NCBI GenBank assembly: GCA_964397545.1
Contig: CAYNIW010000001.1
Coordinates: 24,714-88,713 of the forward strand
Origin: an uncultured Desulfuromonadaceae bacterium
Lineage (GTDB): Bacteria > SDB-A
Direction: 5' to 3'
Length of the DNA stretch: 64,000 nucleotides
The notes under the pieces are model-generated. The model saw only the letters and a list, made by a program, of their open reading frames with translations. It was not told the DNA's origin and did no database searches. Positions 23,348 to 34,011 of the stretch are shown here, piece by piece. Both the position numbers and the translations under genes were made by a program. The stretch's first letter is position 1, and each line of letters starts with the position of its first letter.

Positions 23348-24299
23348 TGATTTCTTTCGCTTTAATGAATATCATATCCGAAGAAAAATATTTTTTGCAG
23401 GCAAAAAGATTTTTTTCGCATTTATTTCTGCCGTGAAGCGAGCATGGAGAGCATTCGAGATCCGGAACGAGCGTCACCGAGTCTTTTCTCCACGGCTTGA
23501 ATCCGAAAAAAGGCGAGGTGGAACAGAAAACTGCGACCACCGGGGTTCCGACAGCTTCCGATACGTGCATCGGTCCGGAGTCGCTTGTAATAAGAACAGA
23601 AGATATACTGAGAACGGCTTTTAGGTCTTCGAGATCGGATGTTTTTCCTCTCATGTCAATATCAACCGGAATGTTAAACGAGTTTTTTGGACCTAAAAGC
23701 AGTGTTTTAACTCCGGACAGAGAAAGTTTTTTTGACACTGAGGAGGCTGTTTCCTGGTCAATCATTTTTGATCTGACGGCAGAATGACAGTGAATGGCGG
23801 CGATCAAGCCTTTTCCGGTAATTTTCAAATTTTTTTTTATTGCTCTTTGTTCTACGAAAAGTTTTGGTTCTGGGGAGGGTTTTGTGCTGAAACCCAGTTT
23901 TTGAAGAGACTCCGCGTAAGCTCTGTAAGTGAAAAAATCAAAATTGCTTCCGGCTCTTAAACGAACTACGCTTCTCCTGTATCTTTTTTTTGAATCATAG
24001 CGCGCAATTTTTTTTCCGATGAGAGCGGACAAGGCAAATGTCCTCAATTTGAGGTGGGCGTCTATAACGAAATCCGGAGAACAAGACTTAATCTCTTTAG
24101 CGTGAGAGAACAATGATATGGGGGAGTCGTCTCTGAGGAAGAACATTTTTTCTACTCTCGGGTCGCCTTTATAGAGGTTTTCGTATTCTTTTCTCGTTGC
24201 AAAAAAACAGCTTTGCCCTTCGTTTTTAATCGCTTGAAAAAGAGAGGAAAGAAGAACAACATCACCGAGCCGGCCATACCTTAGAACGGCAATGTTCAT
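23322..24299 (-). CDS. Glycosyltransferase family 9 (LPS heptosyltransferase)
   Basis: RLGDVVLLSS and SDSGPMHVSEAVG GT9 motifs; start set at the internal Met (MNIAVLRY, 24299), which fits GT9 N-termini. Confidence 0.7.
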   Translation of the reverse strand: MNIAVLRYGRLGDVVLLSSLFQAIKNEGQSCFFATRKEYENLYKGDPRVEKMFFLRDDSPISLFSHAKEIKSCSPDFVIDAHLKLRTFALSALIGKKIARYDSKKRYRRSVVRLRAGSNFDFFTYRAYAESLQKLGFSTKPSPEPKLFVEQRAIKKNLKITGKGLIAAIHCHSAVRSKMIDQETASSVSKKLSLSGVKTLLLGPKNSFNIPVDIDMRGKTSDLEDLKAVLSISSVLITSDSGPMHVSEAVGTPVVAVFCSTSPFFGFKPWRKDSVTLVPDLECSPCSLHGRNKCEKNLFACKKYFSSDMIFIKAKEIIENSHISS

Positions 24300-24697
24300 C
24301 AGTATTGCCAGAAATTGTGCAGACCGGAGGAAAACTCGTATGAGATGCCGGAAAAAACGCCGGCAAGGGCGCTGAAAAGCATAATGCTTAACCATAAAAG
24401 GCCGGCAAATGAAAGAAGAAGGAGGGAATACAATAAGGTTTTATACTTAAAATGCCTTTCGATGTCCGGCGGAAGAAAACGGAGATTTTTACTCTCTTCC
24501 TGAACAGCCCCAAGGGAACCTGAAGCGGAAAAAAGCTGAGAGCCGGATATTATCTGCAGAACTCCGAAGACGACAGTCAGAGGAAAAAAGCACATTAAGG
24601 TTCCGAAGATTATCTCCAGTATTGCACATGATTTCATCCAGAAACTCTTCATGGGAAGGTCTTCTTTTTTTGAAACTTCAGCTGATTCATAGGGCAA
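24299..24697 (-). CDS. Hypothetical small membrane protein
   Basis: Hydrophobic helices; first gene of the minus-strand LPS-core cluster; no recognised domain. Confidence 0.3.
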   Translation of the reverse strand: MPYESAEVSKKEDLPMKSFWMKSCAILEIIFGTLMCFFPLTVVFGVLQIISGSQLFSASGSLGAVQEESKNLRFLPPDIERHFKYKTLLYSLLLLSFAGLLWLSIMLFSALAGVFSGISYEFSSGLHNFWQY

Positions 24698-24753
24698 TTC
24701 ACTTCTCCTTATAATACAAAAACCTCGATTTAGATTATACTTAAGAGAGGATA

Positions 24754-25215
24754 ATGGGTAAAGTTTTTTTTGTTGTATTTTATGGTATATCTGATAAAAT
24801 AAAGGTTATGAGAGATTATTCAGACTTTTTTAACGAGGAGTTCGGCGACTATCTCGATTCTGATGGATTCGTAAAAGCGAGAAACTCCATTGGAAAGAAA
24901 CTTCGTGAACTCTGCGAAACCAATGTCAGAAACCTTGAGCTTCTTACCGAGACCAAAATAAGGATATATGAGGATTTTCATGCTCATTCTTCTTCCCTTG
25001 CGGAAATAATATGTCAGATGCCGGAAAACCTTTATAAAAAAGGCGTGGATCTGGCAACGAAAATTATATTCTGCGGAATTCTTTCGAGAGTCATGGGAAC
25101 AGAAGACAGCTTCGACGAGAACATTTCGGATTTTTTCGAATGCGTCATATTCCACATAGCGGTAATAGGCAGAAAACAAAGAGATCTCAAGAAAAAAAAT
25201 CTCGACCAGAACTGA
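24754..25215 (+). CDS. Hypothetical protein
   Basis: 153-aa ORF, no recognised motif. Confidence 0.3.
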   Translation: MGKVFFVVFYGISDKIKVMRDYSDFFNEEFGDYLDSDGFVKARNSIGKKLRELCETNVRNLELLTETKIRIYEDFHAHSSSLAEIICQMPENLYKKGVDLATKIIFCGILSRVMGTEDSFDENISDFFECVIFHIAVIGRKQRDLKKKNLDQN

Positions 25216-25404
25216 ATTACTTGATTTATGCCGTAAATCCTGCCCTGTCTCTGCGGTGTTTATTTCCACCAAGTTTTGGCTAAGAGAAATATAAGCAGGT
25301 GTCTTTTCATATTGCTTTGAAAGTCTCTATAGCCGATAATCTAAAAGTTGAATGAAATTTTTTTAGTTTTTTGATCAAACTTCTGTTATGAAAAGGAGGA
25401 AATA

Positions 25405-25866
25405 GTGATACCCTTTATTCTGTCTCTCTTATCACAATATACATCCTCTGGCAGTTACGATTATGACACCGAAGGTATTGCCGGAACTTTTATGGCTCTC
25501 GGTATAATTTGGATAATTGTGATAGGGCTTCTGTATCTTGCGGTTTTCGTCTTTCAGATTATCGTGTTGTGGAGAATATTCGCCAAAACCGGTTATTCCG
25601 GCGCTCTGAGCCTCTTTGTGCTTTTGCCGGGCTTAGGACATCTTGTTCTTCTCATATTTTCTCTTGTCTTGGCGTTTTCTAAGTGGCCGATAGAGAAAGA
25701 GCTCGAGGATTACAAAATGAGGCTTTACGGAAAACCTTACAACGCCCAGGGCTCTCAGGGGACTAACATCTATTTCCAACAGCAAAATCCTCAGCAGCAG
25801 ACTCCGCAGCAGCAAAAGCCCCAGCAACAGACGCCGCCCCCGCCTCCCCCGCCTCCGACAGCTTAG
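25405..25866 (+). CDS. Small membrane protein with a Gln/Pro-rich low-complexity C-terminal tail
   Basis: GTG start with aaggagg RBS; two TM helices; tail QQQNPQQQTPQQQKPQQQTPPPPPPPP. Confidence 0.45.
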   Translation: MIPFILSLLSQYTSSGSYDYDTEGIAGTFMALGIIWIIVIGLLYLAVFVFQIIVLWRIFAKTGYSGALSLFVLLPGLGHLVLLIFSLVLAFSKWPIEKELEDYKMRLYGKPYNAQGSQGTNIYFQQQNPQQQTPQQQKPQQQTPPPPPPPPTA

Positions 25867-25895
25867 ATTAGGAAAAACATAAAAAAGGAGAAAAG

Positions 25896-26408
25896 ATGAA
25901 AATACTGCTGATCTTTTCCTTGCTTTCATCTCTTTCATTAGCCGCAAACACTGCGCCCTTGCTGAGGTTTGGAACAACGGTATCGCTCTGGGATCCTCCA
26001 GGAGACGCAAATTATGCACCTATAATCGAATCATGGGCAGAGTATTATGTTTTATCTGTTTTTTCTCTCAGAGGGACGGGTGCATATTCCACGTGGTCCC
26101 ATGACACGATCACTTATACTCACAGGAGAGGGACCCTCGACGCGATATTCAGGCCTGATATCGGGACGGGTTTTGAAGTTGGATTAGGCGGAGGTCTCGG
26201 ATTCTATGAAACTAAAACCTCCATAACAGGAGACGAAGACGAAGGGACTCTGGGAATACAGGCGCTCGGAGACCTGAATTACGCAATTTCAAATAATATC
26301 GGCCTCAATTTTGCGGCAAGGGCGATAGTTCCTGATCTGAACAAGTCATCTGAAATACTGTGGCAGTTCGGCGGAGGCATCACGGGGGAACTTCAGCTCG
26401 GCTACTGA
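25896..26408 (+). CDS. Small outer-membrane beta-barrel protein
   Basis: Signal peptide MKILLIFSLLSSLSLAANTA; Gly/aromatic-rich strands; C-terminal ...LQLGY. Confidence 0.5.
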   Translation: MKILLIFSLLSSLSLAANTAPLLRFGTTVSLWDPPGDANYAPIIESWAEYYVLSVFSLRGTGAYSTWSHDTITYTHRRGTLDAIFRPDIGTGFEVGLGGGLGFYETKTSITGDEDEGTLGIQALGDLNYAISNNIGLNFAARAIVPDLNKSSEILWQFGGGITGELQLGY

Positions 26409-26409
26409 A

Positions 26410-27681
26410 ATGACTCTTCAGCCGGTCAGAGGAATGCGGGATTTCTATCCCGAGGATATGAGAAAAAGAGAGTGGCTTTTTTCCGTTTGGCGGGAAGCGT
26501 CTCTTCTTTACGGTTTTGAACCTTATGACGCGCCGGTAGTGGAAAACCTCGACCTTCTCAGGAGGAAAGCAGGCGAAGATATTGCCGAACAGCTCTACTC
26601 ATTCAAAGATAAATCCGGGAGAGAGATAGCTCTAAGAGCTGAAATGACCCCTTCACTCGCGAGAATGATCGCTTCTCGGCAGAATTCAATATCTATGCCC
26701 GCTAAATGGTATGCCTTAGCGCAGTGTTTCAGGTATGAAAGAATGACGAAAGGCAGAAAAAGAGAGCACTTTCAGTGGAATGCCGATATACTCGGCGTAG
26801 ACGACATTTCGGCGGAAACAGAGATAATCTCCCTTCTCGTTTTCGCTTTGAAAAAAATGGGATTTAGCAGTGAAGACGTTGTCGTCAGGATAAACAGCAG
26901 AAAAATAATTGAAGAGATACTGAGCAAAGTCGGCGTTCCATCTGAGCTGTTCTCTCAAACCATGATAATCATTGATAAAAAAGACAAAATTCCTTCAGAA
27001 GAACTTAAACTTATGCTGGGTGAAGTTCCTTTGAAAAGAGATATGCCGGAAAGGATTCTCGAAGCGGTCGAAAAATGTTCCTCGGGCGGGGCAAGAGATT
27101 TTTTGGGCGATGGAGAAAATATAAGGCAAATTGACGCTCTTATCGAAAACTTAGGAGATTTTTCCGAATTTGTCAGGTTTGACGTTTCTGTTGTGAGAGG
27201 CCTTTCTTACTACACCGGTATTGTTTTCGAGGCGTTCGGTAAAAAAGCCGGCAAAAGGGCAATAGCGGGTGGAGGTAGATACGCAAGCCTTCTTGAAAAA
27301 ATCGGAGGAGCTCCTCTTTCCGGTGTAGGTTTCGGATTCGGAGATGTCGTAATACTGGATGTTCTGGAAGAATCCGGAAAAATTCCGTTTACAGGAATGA
27401 ACCTCGATTACTATATTATCCCCTATTCCAAAGACCATTTGCCCCATGCTTTTGAAATAGCCCGGCATGTTCGGGACAAAGGTTTTTCGGCTGATATAGA
27501 TTTTAAGTGCAGAAAAGTAAAAACCGCTTTGTCGGAAGGATCAAAAAAAAACGCCTTGTTCTGCGTGATGATTTTCCCGGAAGAACTCAAAGACGGCATG
27601 ATAAAATTAAAAAACATGAAGACGAAGGAAGAAAAGACCTTATCTGCCGACGAGTTTTTTGACAGCAGTATATCAACCTGA
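26410..27681 (+). CDS. hisS: Histidine--tRNA ligase
   Basis: N-terminal PVRGMRDFYPEDM and class II aaRS motifs. Confidence 0.9.
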   Translation: MTLQPVRGMRDFYPEDMRKREWLFSVWREASLLYGFEPYDAPVVENLDLLRRKAGEDIAEQLYSFKDKSGREIALRAEMTPSLARMIASRQNSISMPAKWYALAQCFRYERMTKGRKREHFQWNADILGVDDISAETEIISLLVFALKKMGFSSEDVVVRINSRKIIEEILSKVGVPSELFSQTMIIIDKKDKIPSEELKLMLGEVPLKRDMPERILEAVEKCSSGGARDFLGDGENIRQIDALIENLGDFSEFVRFDVSVVRGLSYYTGIVFEAFGKKAGKRAIAGGGRYASLLEKIGGAPLSGVGFGFGDVVILDVLEESGKIPFTGMNLDYYIIPYSKDHLPHAFEIARHVRDKGFSADIDFKCRKVKTALSEGSKKNALFCVMIFPEELKDGMIKLKNMKTKEEKTLSADEFFDSSIST

Positions 27682-27719
27682 AATGACACTTTCACAGCTT
27701 AATAGAGAAAACCCCTAAA

Positions 27720-29540
27720 ATGGAATATACGCAAGTAGCGGTAATTGGCGGCGGCCATGCCGGGTGCGAAGCCGCGATAGCGGCTTCAAAAATCGCCTCG
27801 GAAGTTTTTTTAGTGACGGCTCAGGCTGAGAAAATCGGCCATCTCTCCTGCAATCCAGCTGTAGGAGGGCAGGCGAAAAGCCATCTCGTTCATGAAATTG
27901 ATTTTCTCGGAGGAGCGATAGGTTTTGTCGCCGATCAATCCGGAATACAATTCAGGACACTCAGAGCAGGAAGGGGCCCGGCTCTCAGGGCTTTGAGAAT
28001 CCAGGTTGACAGAAGCCTTTTCATAAAAAACATCCAAAGAGAGATATTTTCAAAAAACAACATAAAAGTTGTAAGGGCAGAAGCGACCGGTATTGTCACG
28101 GAAAGCGGCAGAATTAAGGCAATCGAGACCACCGAAGGGCTTATAAAATGCGATTCCGCTGTTTTAGCTCCCGGAACTTTTCTCAACGGAATAATGTTCA
28201 CGGGTTTTGAAAAGATAGAAGGAGGCAGAAGAGGAGACCATACATCTGTTTTACTCAGTAAAGATATGTCTGAAAAAGGATTTATTCTCGAAAGGCTAAA
28301 AACGGGGACATGTCCGAGAATTGACGGAAGGACTGTAGATTATTCCCAAATGACGGAACAGAAGGGTGATGAAAATCCCTATCCTTTTTCCTGGCGTTCC
28401 GAAAGAAAAAGTTTGAAAAATTATGTTTCCTGTTTTGTAACAAAAACGGAACTTGGGACTCACGATATAATAAGAAAGAACATTGACAGAAGCCCTCTTT
28501 TTTCGGGCATGATAACAGGAAAAGGGCCTCCTTTCTGCCCTTCAATAGAAGATAAGGTAATGAGGTTCGGCGACAGATCGGGACATCCGGTTTATGTCGA
28601 ACCCGAAGGACTCGAAGATGACTTAAAATATCTCGCCGGCCTTTCGACTTCACTCCCTTGCGATGTTCAGGAAGAGATACTCAAAAGCATTCGCGGACTG
28701 CAGGATGCCGTAATTGTAGTTCCCGGTTATGCAGTAGAATACGATTATATCCAGCCTACAAACCTTTACCCGACTCTGGAGACAAAGCTCGTATCGGGAT
28801 TATTCACCGCAGGTCAGATAAACGGAACGTCAGGATATGAGGAAGCCGCCGGCCAGGGAGTTGTTGCCGGAATAAACGCCGCATCCTTCGCCGAAGGGCT
28901 TGAAAAAATCTTGATAAGAAGAGACCAAGCTTATATAGGAGTAATGATAGACGATCTCGTAAGCAGAGGCGTCAACGAACCATACAGGCTTTTCACTTCA
29001 CGCGCCGAATACAGATTGCTGTTGAGGAAAGACAACGCAGGGCAGAGACTTTTAGAAATATCGGAAAAATACGGACTAATTCAAAGAGAACAAACCCAAA
29101 GTATTAGAAATCTCGAAAAAGAAGCCCAGGAAATCATGAGTAAACTCAGAAAAAAGTTTTTGATATCTTCTATCAAGTCCGGCAGGGAAAAAACTGAAGA
29201 AATTCCCTTCATAGCCGAAGCATTTTCCGGAATGTCGGACAAACAGCGCGAATACGTCGCCCAAAGAATTGAATCGGAGATAATTTACGACGGTTACATT
29301 CAGCATCAAATAGAAGAAGCGTCTAAAATGAAACTCTATGAAGACATGGAAATTCCGGAAGGAATAGATTTTTGGAGCATTAAGAATGTATCCAATTCAG
29401 CCAAAGAAATGTTCTCAAACGTAAAACCGGCCAACATCGGTCAAGCTTCGAGACTGCCGGATGTTTCTCCTTCTGATATCTTTTCGCTCATGGTCAAAAT
29501 ACAATGTATTAGAAAAACTGGTCTTGACAAAAAACACTAA
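27720..29540 (+). CDS. mnmG: tRNA uridine 5-carboxymethylaminomethyl modification enzyme MnmG (GidA)
   Basis: FAD-binding [13 protein letters not shown]-terminus; 606 aa; MnmG-typical sequence throughout. Confidence 0.9.
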   Translation: MEYTQVAVIGGGHAGCEAAIAASKIASEVFLVTAQAEKIGHLSCNPAVGGQAKSHLVHEIDFLGGAIGFVADQSGIQFRTLRAGRGPALRALRIQVDRSLFIKNIQREIFSKNNIKVVRAEATGIVTESGRIKAIETTEGLIKCDSAVLAPGTFLNGIMFTGFEKIEGGRRGDHTSVLLSKDMSEKGFILERLKTGTCPRIDGRTVDYSQMTEQKGDENPYPFSWRSERKSLKNYVSCFVTKTELGTHDIIRKNIDRSPLFSGMITGKGPPFCPSIEDKVMRFGDRSGHPVYVEPEGLEDDLKYLAGLSTSLPCDVQEEILKSIRGLQDAVIVVPGYAVEYDYIQPTNLYPTLETKLVSGLFTAGQINGTSGYEEAAGQGVVAGINAASFAEGLEKILIRRDQAYIGVMIDDLVSRGVNEPYRLFTSRAEYRLLLRKDNAGQRLLEISEKYGLIQREQTQSIRNLEKEAQEIMSKLRKKFLISSIKSGREKTEEIPFIAEAFSGMSDKQREYVAQRIESEIIYDGYIQHQIEEASKMKLYEDMEIPEGIDFWSIKNVSNSAKEMFSNVKPANIGQASRLPDVSPSDIFSLMVKIQCIRKTGLDKKH

Positions 29541-29654
29541 TGCCGATAAAATACAAATCTTTGAATTTTTACGCGAAAAGGCTTTCCTGTTAAAGTCTTA
29601 AGATGGTCTGCCGGAGGCGATCGTCTTGTCATATATCATAAAAGGAGCGCTTAA

Positions 29655-30083
29655 GTGAAAACGTATGTGCCTAAGCAAGGCGAAATAACTAAAAAATGGG
29701 TGGTAGTCGACGCCAAAGATAAGCCTCTCGGAAGAATCGCATCCGGAATAGCGAAAATCCTGCGAGGAAAAACTAAACCTAATTTCACGCCGTTTCTCGA
29801 CTGTGGAGACAATGTTATATGCATTAATGCCGAAAAAGTCATGTTGACAGGTAAAAAACTCGACCAGAAAATCTATTGGAGACATTCCGGATATATAAGC
29901 GGCCTCACCTTGAGAACAGCAAGACAAGTCCTTCAGAGAAACCCCGAAAGAGTTATCGAAAAAGCAGTTAAGGGTATGCTGCCTAAAGGGCCTCTCGGAA
30001 GAAAAATGCTGAAAAACTTAAAAGTCTGCAAAGGAAGCCAGCACAGACACTCTGCGCAGAAGCCCGAACAGATAAGCATTTAG
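29655..30083 (+). CDS. rplM: 50S ribosomal protein L13
   Basis: GTG start with aaaggag RBS; [29 protein letters not shown] matches L13. Confidence 0.9.
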   Translation: MKTYVPKQGEITKKWVVVDAKDKPLGRIASGIAKILRGKTKPNFTPFLDCGDNVICINAEKVMLTGKKLDQKIYWRHSGYISGLTLRTARQVLQRNPERVIEKAVKGMLPKGPLGRKMLKNLKVCKGSQHRHSAQKPEQISI

Positions 30084-30093
30084 GAGGAAGAAA

Positions 30094-30498
30094 GTGACTG
30101 AAGAGATTCAGAAAGCGGAAAATATAAACACCGGCAGGAGAAAAACTGCCGTCGCGAGGGTCAGGCTCGTCCCGGGTTCAGGCAAAAGAATGATAAACGG
30201 AAGGAGATTCGGCGATTACTTTAAGAGAGGAAGCGTGCTGACTCATATTGAATCCCCTTTGAAGATGATGAATCTTAGTGAAAAATTCGATGTGCTCGCT
30301 AAAGTTCACGGAGGAGGAGTCACTGGCCAGGCCGGAGCCCTTCAGCTCGGTATATCGCGTTCAATAGCAAAGCTTTTCCCGGAGAAAAAGGCGGAATTGA
30401 GAAAACACGGCTTTTTGACAAGAAACGCCAAAGTCGTCGAAAGGAAAAAGTACGGAAGGCCGAAAGCCAGAAAAAGATTTCAGTTTTCCAAGAGGTAA
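30094..30498 (+). CDS. rpsI: 30S ribosomal protein S9
   Basis: GTG start after aggagg; C-terminal ...RKRFQFSKR typical of S9. Confidence 0.9.
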   Translation: MTEEIQKAENINTGRRKTAVARVRLVPGSGKRMINGRRFGDYFKRGSVLTHIESPLKMMNLSEKFDVLAKVHGGGVTGQAGALQLGISRSIAKLFPEKKAELRKHGFLTRNAKVVERKKYGRPKARKRFQFSKR

Positions 30499-30599
30499 TA
30501 GCACACAAAAAATCACATGGCTTGAGCCCGTTTGGGTCCTGATAATATCAGGTTGGCGGGCGATGACGGTCATGGTCGGAGAACCCAAAAGGAGGATTA

Positions 30600-31370
30600 A
30601 TGCTCAATATCGAGATCACCGAGCTTCTTAAAGCCGGCGCCCACTTCGGGCACAAGACAGACAGATGGAATCCCAAGATGAAACCCTATATTTTCGACGT
30701 CAGGCAGGGGACTCATATAATCAACATCAGAAAAACAGTTTCCGGGCTTGAACACGCGTCGAATTTTCTGGGGAAAATATCTTCTCAAAACAAATCAGTT
30801 CTTTTCGTGGGAACGAAAAGACAGGCAAGGCCCATCATAGTTGCTGAAGCCGAAAGAGCCGGTGTTTTCAGCGTAACCGAGAGGTGGCTCGGCGGAACGC
30901 TGACTAATTTTAAAACGATAAGAAACAGCGTTTCAAAACTGAAGGAACTCGAAAAACAGCTTCACGAAAAAGGATCCGAAAGACTGACAAAAAAAGAAAT
31001 ACTCATGCTTCAGAAAAAGAGAGAAAAACTTGAAAGATACCTGAGCGGCATTAAAGAAATGGACATGCTTCCATCGGCTGTCTTTGTCGTAGACGTAAAA
31101 CACGAGAGCATAGCTGTTCATGAATCCAAAATCCTCGGAATTCCTGTCGTGGGAATTGTGGACACAAATTCGGACCCCGACCCTATAGATTATATTATTC
31201 CGGCGAATGACGACGCGATGAGATCCGTCGCTCTCATAGCCCAATATCTCGCCGACGCTATCTTACTTGGGAAAACACAGCATAAAGATGAAGAACCTGT
31301 CCCAGAAAAAGACGGTGATAGCGATATAGAAGAAGAGATACTGGAGAAAATTGATCTTATCCAATCCTGA
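30600..31370 (+). CDS. rpsB: 30S ribosomal protein S2
   Basis: LLKAGAHFGHKTDRWNPKM N-terminal signature of S2. Confidence 0.9.
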   Translation: MLNIEITELLKAGAHFGHKTDRWNPKMKPYIFDVRQGTHIINIRKTVSGLEHASNFLGKISSQNKSVLFVGTKRQARPIIVAEAERAGVFSVTERWLGGTLTNFKTIRNSVSKLKELEKQLHEKGSERLTKKEILMLQKKREKLERYLSGIKEMDMLPSAVFVVDVKHESIAVHESKILGIPVVGIVDTNSDPDPIDYIIPANDDAMRSVALIAQYLADAILLGKTQHKDEEPVPEKDGDSDIEEEILEKIDLIQS

Positions 31371-31405
31371 AATATTTTTCGGGAATTCAATAACAGGAGG
31401 GTAAA

Positions 31406-32005
31406 GTGCCTGAAAAAGACGCTAATATGGAGAAAGTAAAAGAATTGCGAAGAATTACCGACGCAGGAATAAAAGAATGCAAAGCGACTCTCGAAGAAGC
31501 CGGTTATGATGTCGAAAAAGCGGTTAAAATTCTAAGGGAAAAAGGCATAGCAAAAGCGGACAATAAAAGCGGCAGGACCACGAAAGAAGGCATGATTTCG
31601 TGCTATCTTCATCAAAATAAAATTGCAGGCTTAGTCGAACTCGCCTGCGAAACGGATTTTGTGGCGAGGACAGAAATTTTTCAGTCTCTTGCCAAAGATC
31701 TTGCAATTCAGGTTGTAACCTCATCTCCGAAAGCCCTGAAAAGAGAAGATCTGTCGCCCGAATTAATTCAAACCGAAAGAGAAATCTATTTCAATCAGGA
31801 AAAACAGGCTGGAAAACCGGACAAGATAATCCAAAAGATAGTCGACGGTAAAATAGAGAAGTTTTACAAAGAAGCCTGTTTTTACGACCAACCTTTTTAC
31901 AAAGACGATTCTAAAACGGTCGAACAGGTGGTCAAAGAGGTAATTGCCAAAACAGGAGAAAACATAATTATAAGAAGATTCTACAGGATGCAGTTGGGAG
32001 AATGA
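31406..32005 (+). CDS. tsf: Elongation factor Ts
   Basis: GTG start with aggagg RBS; VKELRRITDAGIKECKATL UBA-like N-terminus; short EF-Ts form. Confidence 0.85.
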   Translation: MPEKDANMEKVKELRRITDAGIKECKATLEEAGYDVEKAVKILREKGIAKADNKSGRTTKEGMISCYLHQNKIAGLVELACETDFVARTEIFQSLAKDLAIQVVTSSPKALKREDLSPELIQTEREIYFNQEKQAGKPDKIIQKIVDGKIEKFYKEACFYDQPFYKDDSKTVEQVVKEVIAKTGENIIIRRFYRMQLGE

Positions 32006-32715
32006 TGAACGAGCAATACAGCAGGGTGATGATAAAACTGAGCGGTGAGGCTATCGGAGAACAGGGCAAAGTCATCTCTCCTGAACTTGTCCGTCATATA
32101 TCCAGCGAAATTGAAGATGTATCGAAAAAAGGAGTATCGATAGGGCTCGTAATCGGGGCTGGAAATATTTTTCGAGGCCAGGAAATAATACTGAGCCTCG
32201 GCATAGAAAGAGTTGTCGCGGATCAAGTGGGAATGCTTGCCACGATGATCAACGCTCTACTTTTCAAAGAAGTCCTGTTGGAAAAAGGAATTAAAACTTC
32301 AATACTTTCCGCTCTCGATGTCCCTCAGTTGGCTGAAGTCTATACACCTCAAAAAGCATGGGAATATATGGTCGGCGGGACATGCGTTATTTTTGCCGGC
32401 GGAACAGGAAACCCATTTTTTACCACCGACACCGCCGCGGCCCTCAGAGCCGCAGAAGTCAAAGCCGAGATACTAATAAAGGCAACTAAAGTCGACGGAG
32501 TTTACGACAAGGACCCGAATTGCAATCCTGATGCGAAAAAATTTGACAAGTTGTCATACCTTGACGTAATCAACAAGGGTCTGAAAGTAATGGATTCTAC
32601 AGCCATTTCACTCTGCAGGGAGAACAATATCCCTATAATGGTTTACAATATGTATGTGAAAGGGAATCTGTCCGCCGCTGTTTTCAATAAAAGCGTAGGC
32701 ACTCTTATTATGTGA
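32002..32715 (+). CDS. pyrH: UMP kinase
   Basis: RVMIKLSGEA N-terminus and amino-acid-kinase fold motifs; 4-nt overlap with tsf. Confidence 0.9.
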   Translation: MMNEQYSRVMIKLSGEAIGEQGKVISPELVRHISSEIEDVSKKGVSIGLVIGAGNIFRGQEIILSLGIERVVADQVGMLATMINALLFKEVLLEKGIKTSILSALDVPQLAEVYTPQKAWEYMVGGTCVIFAGGTGNPFFTTDTAAALRAAEVKAEILIKATKVDGVYDKDPNCNPDAKKFDKLSYLDVINKGLKVMDSTAISLCRENNIPIMVYNMYVKGNLSAAVFNKSVGTLIM

Positions 32716-32724
32716 GGAGGTTAA

Positions 32725-33288
32725 ATGCCCGATCTCAAAAATCTTATCTCTGCTGAAAGAGAAAAAATGGAGAAATGCATGGAGCATTTCAAAGGGCTCT
32801 TGGCCAAAATTCAGACGGGAAGAGCTGTTCCTGCACTGCTCGAAGGAATTACTGTTAATTACTACGGAACCGAAACGCCCGTTAGACAGTTGTGCAACGT
32901 GACGGTTCCTGAACCCAGAATGATCGTCCTGCAGCCTTACGATAAATCAATAATCGGAGAAATAGAAAAAGCAGTGTCCGCATCAAATATAGGTGTAAAT
33001 CCTCAGAGTGACGGCAAAGTAATAAGGCTTGCCTTTCCAATGCTTTCTGAAGAGAGAAGGGATGAATCTGTCAGGCATGTGAAAAAAATTGGAGAGGATA
33101 CCAAGACTGCCGTGAGAAACATCAGGCATCAGTTTATAAATCAGGCAAAAAAAATGCTGAAAGAAAGTGAAATTTCTGATGATGAACACGAACGCTATAA
33201 TGAAGAAATTCAATCCTTGACAAACGAGTTTATCAACGAAACAGACAAGCTTATATTGAACAAGGAAAAAGAGATAAAGACGATCTGA
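32725..33288 (+). CDS. frr: Ribosome recycling factor
   Basis: 187 aa, typical Frr sequence, in the conserved position after pyrH. Confidence 0.9.
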   Translation: MPDLKNLISAEREKMEKCMEHFKGLLAKIQTGRAVPALLEGITVNYYGTETPVRQLCNVTVPEPRMIVLQPYDKSIIGEIEKAVSASNIGVNPQSDGKVIRLAFPMLSEERRDESVRHVKKIGEDTKTAVRNIRHQFINQAKKMLKESEISDDEHERYNEEIQSLTNEFINETDKLILNKEKEIKTI

Positions 33289-33291
33289 AAT

Positions 33292-34011
33292 ATGCCCGGC
33301 GCACGGATTAAAGACGAACTGATTAAACCGGTTCATGTCGGTATAATTATGGACGGCAACGGCAGATGGGCTAAGGAAAGAAAACTACCGAGGGTTTCGG
33401 GTCATGTCGAAGGGGTTAACGCGGTCCGCAGGATTGTAAGGCATTCAGGCAAAGTGGGCCTGAAAAATCTCACACTTTATGCTTTCTCCACTGAAAACTG
33501 GAAAAGGCCGTCCGAAGAGGTCGGTTTTTTGATGAAGTTGTTCAGAAAACTCATCAGATCTGAAATAGATGAACTCATGGAGAACGATGTTAAACTGAGT
33601 TTTATAGGCAGAAAGGACTCTCTCAGCAAAAGCATACAAAAAGAAATGGATGCCGCGACCGAGAGAACCCAGAATAACAAAGGGTTAAACCTTATTATAG
33701 CTATTTCATACGGAGGAAGAGACGAGATTATTTCCGCAGTAAATAAAGCGGCAAAGAGCATGGCTGAAGGAAAAATAAAGGAAATTGATGAAAACAGATT
33801 CAAGGAATTCCTTTTTACAAAAGACATTCCGGATCCCGACCTGGTAATTAGAACCAGCGGAGAGAAAAGACTTTCAAACTTTCTGATATTCCAGTCAGCA
33901 TACTCCGAACTCTTTTTTTCAAATAAATACTGGCCGGATTTCAAAGAAGAGGATTTGGATGACGCAATAGAGGATTTTTCAAAAAGAAAAAGAAGGTTCG
34001 GCAGAATTTGA
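33292..34011 (+). CDS. uppS: Isoprenyl transferase (undecaprenyl diphosphate synthase)
   Basis: HVGIIMDGNGRWA cis-prenyltransferase motif. Confidence 0.9.
   Translation: MPGARIKDELIKPVHVGIIMDGNGRWAKERKLPRVSGHVEGVNAVRRIVRHSGKVGLKNLTLYAFSTENWKRPSEEVGFLMKLFRKLIRSEIDELMENDVKLSFIGRKDSLSKSIQKEMDAATERTQNNKGLNLIIAISYGGRDEIISAVNKAAKSMAEGKIKEIDENRFKEFLFTKDIPDPDLVIRTSGEKRLSNFLIFQSAYSELFFSNKYWPDFKEEDLDDAIEDFSKRKRRFGRI

Noticed and set aside
23334-23787. Two 96-aa plus-strand ORFs inside the GT9 heptosyltransferase gene
   Set aside because: Antisense to a confident CDS with conserved GT9 motifs.
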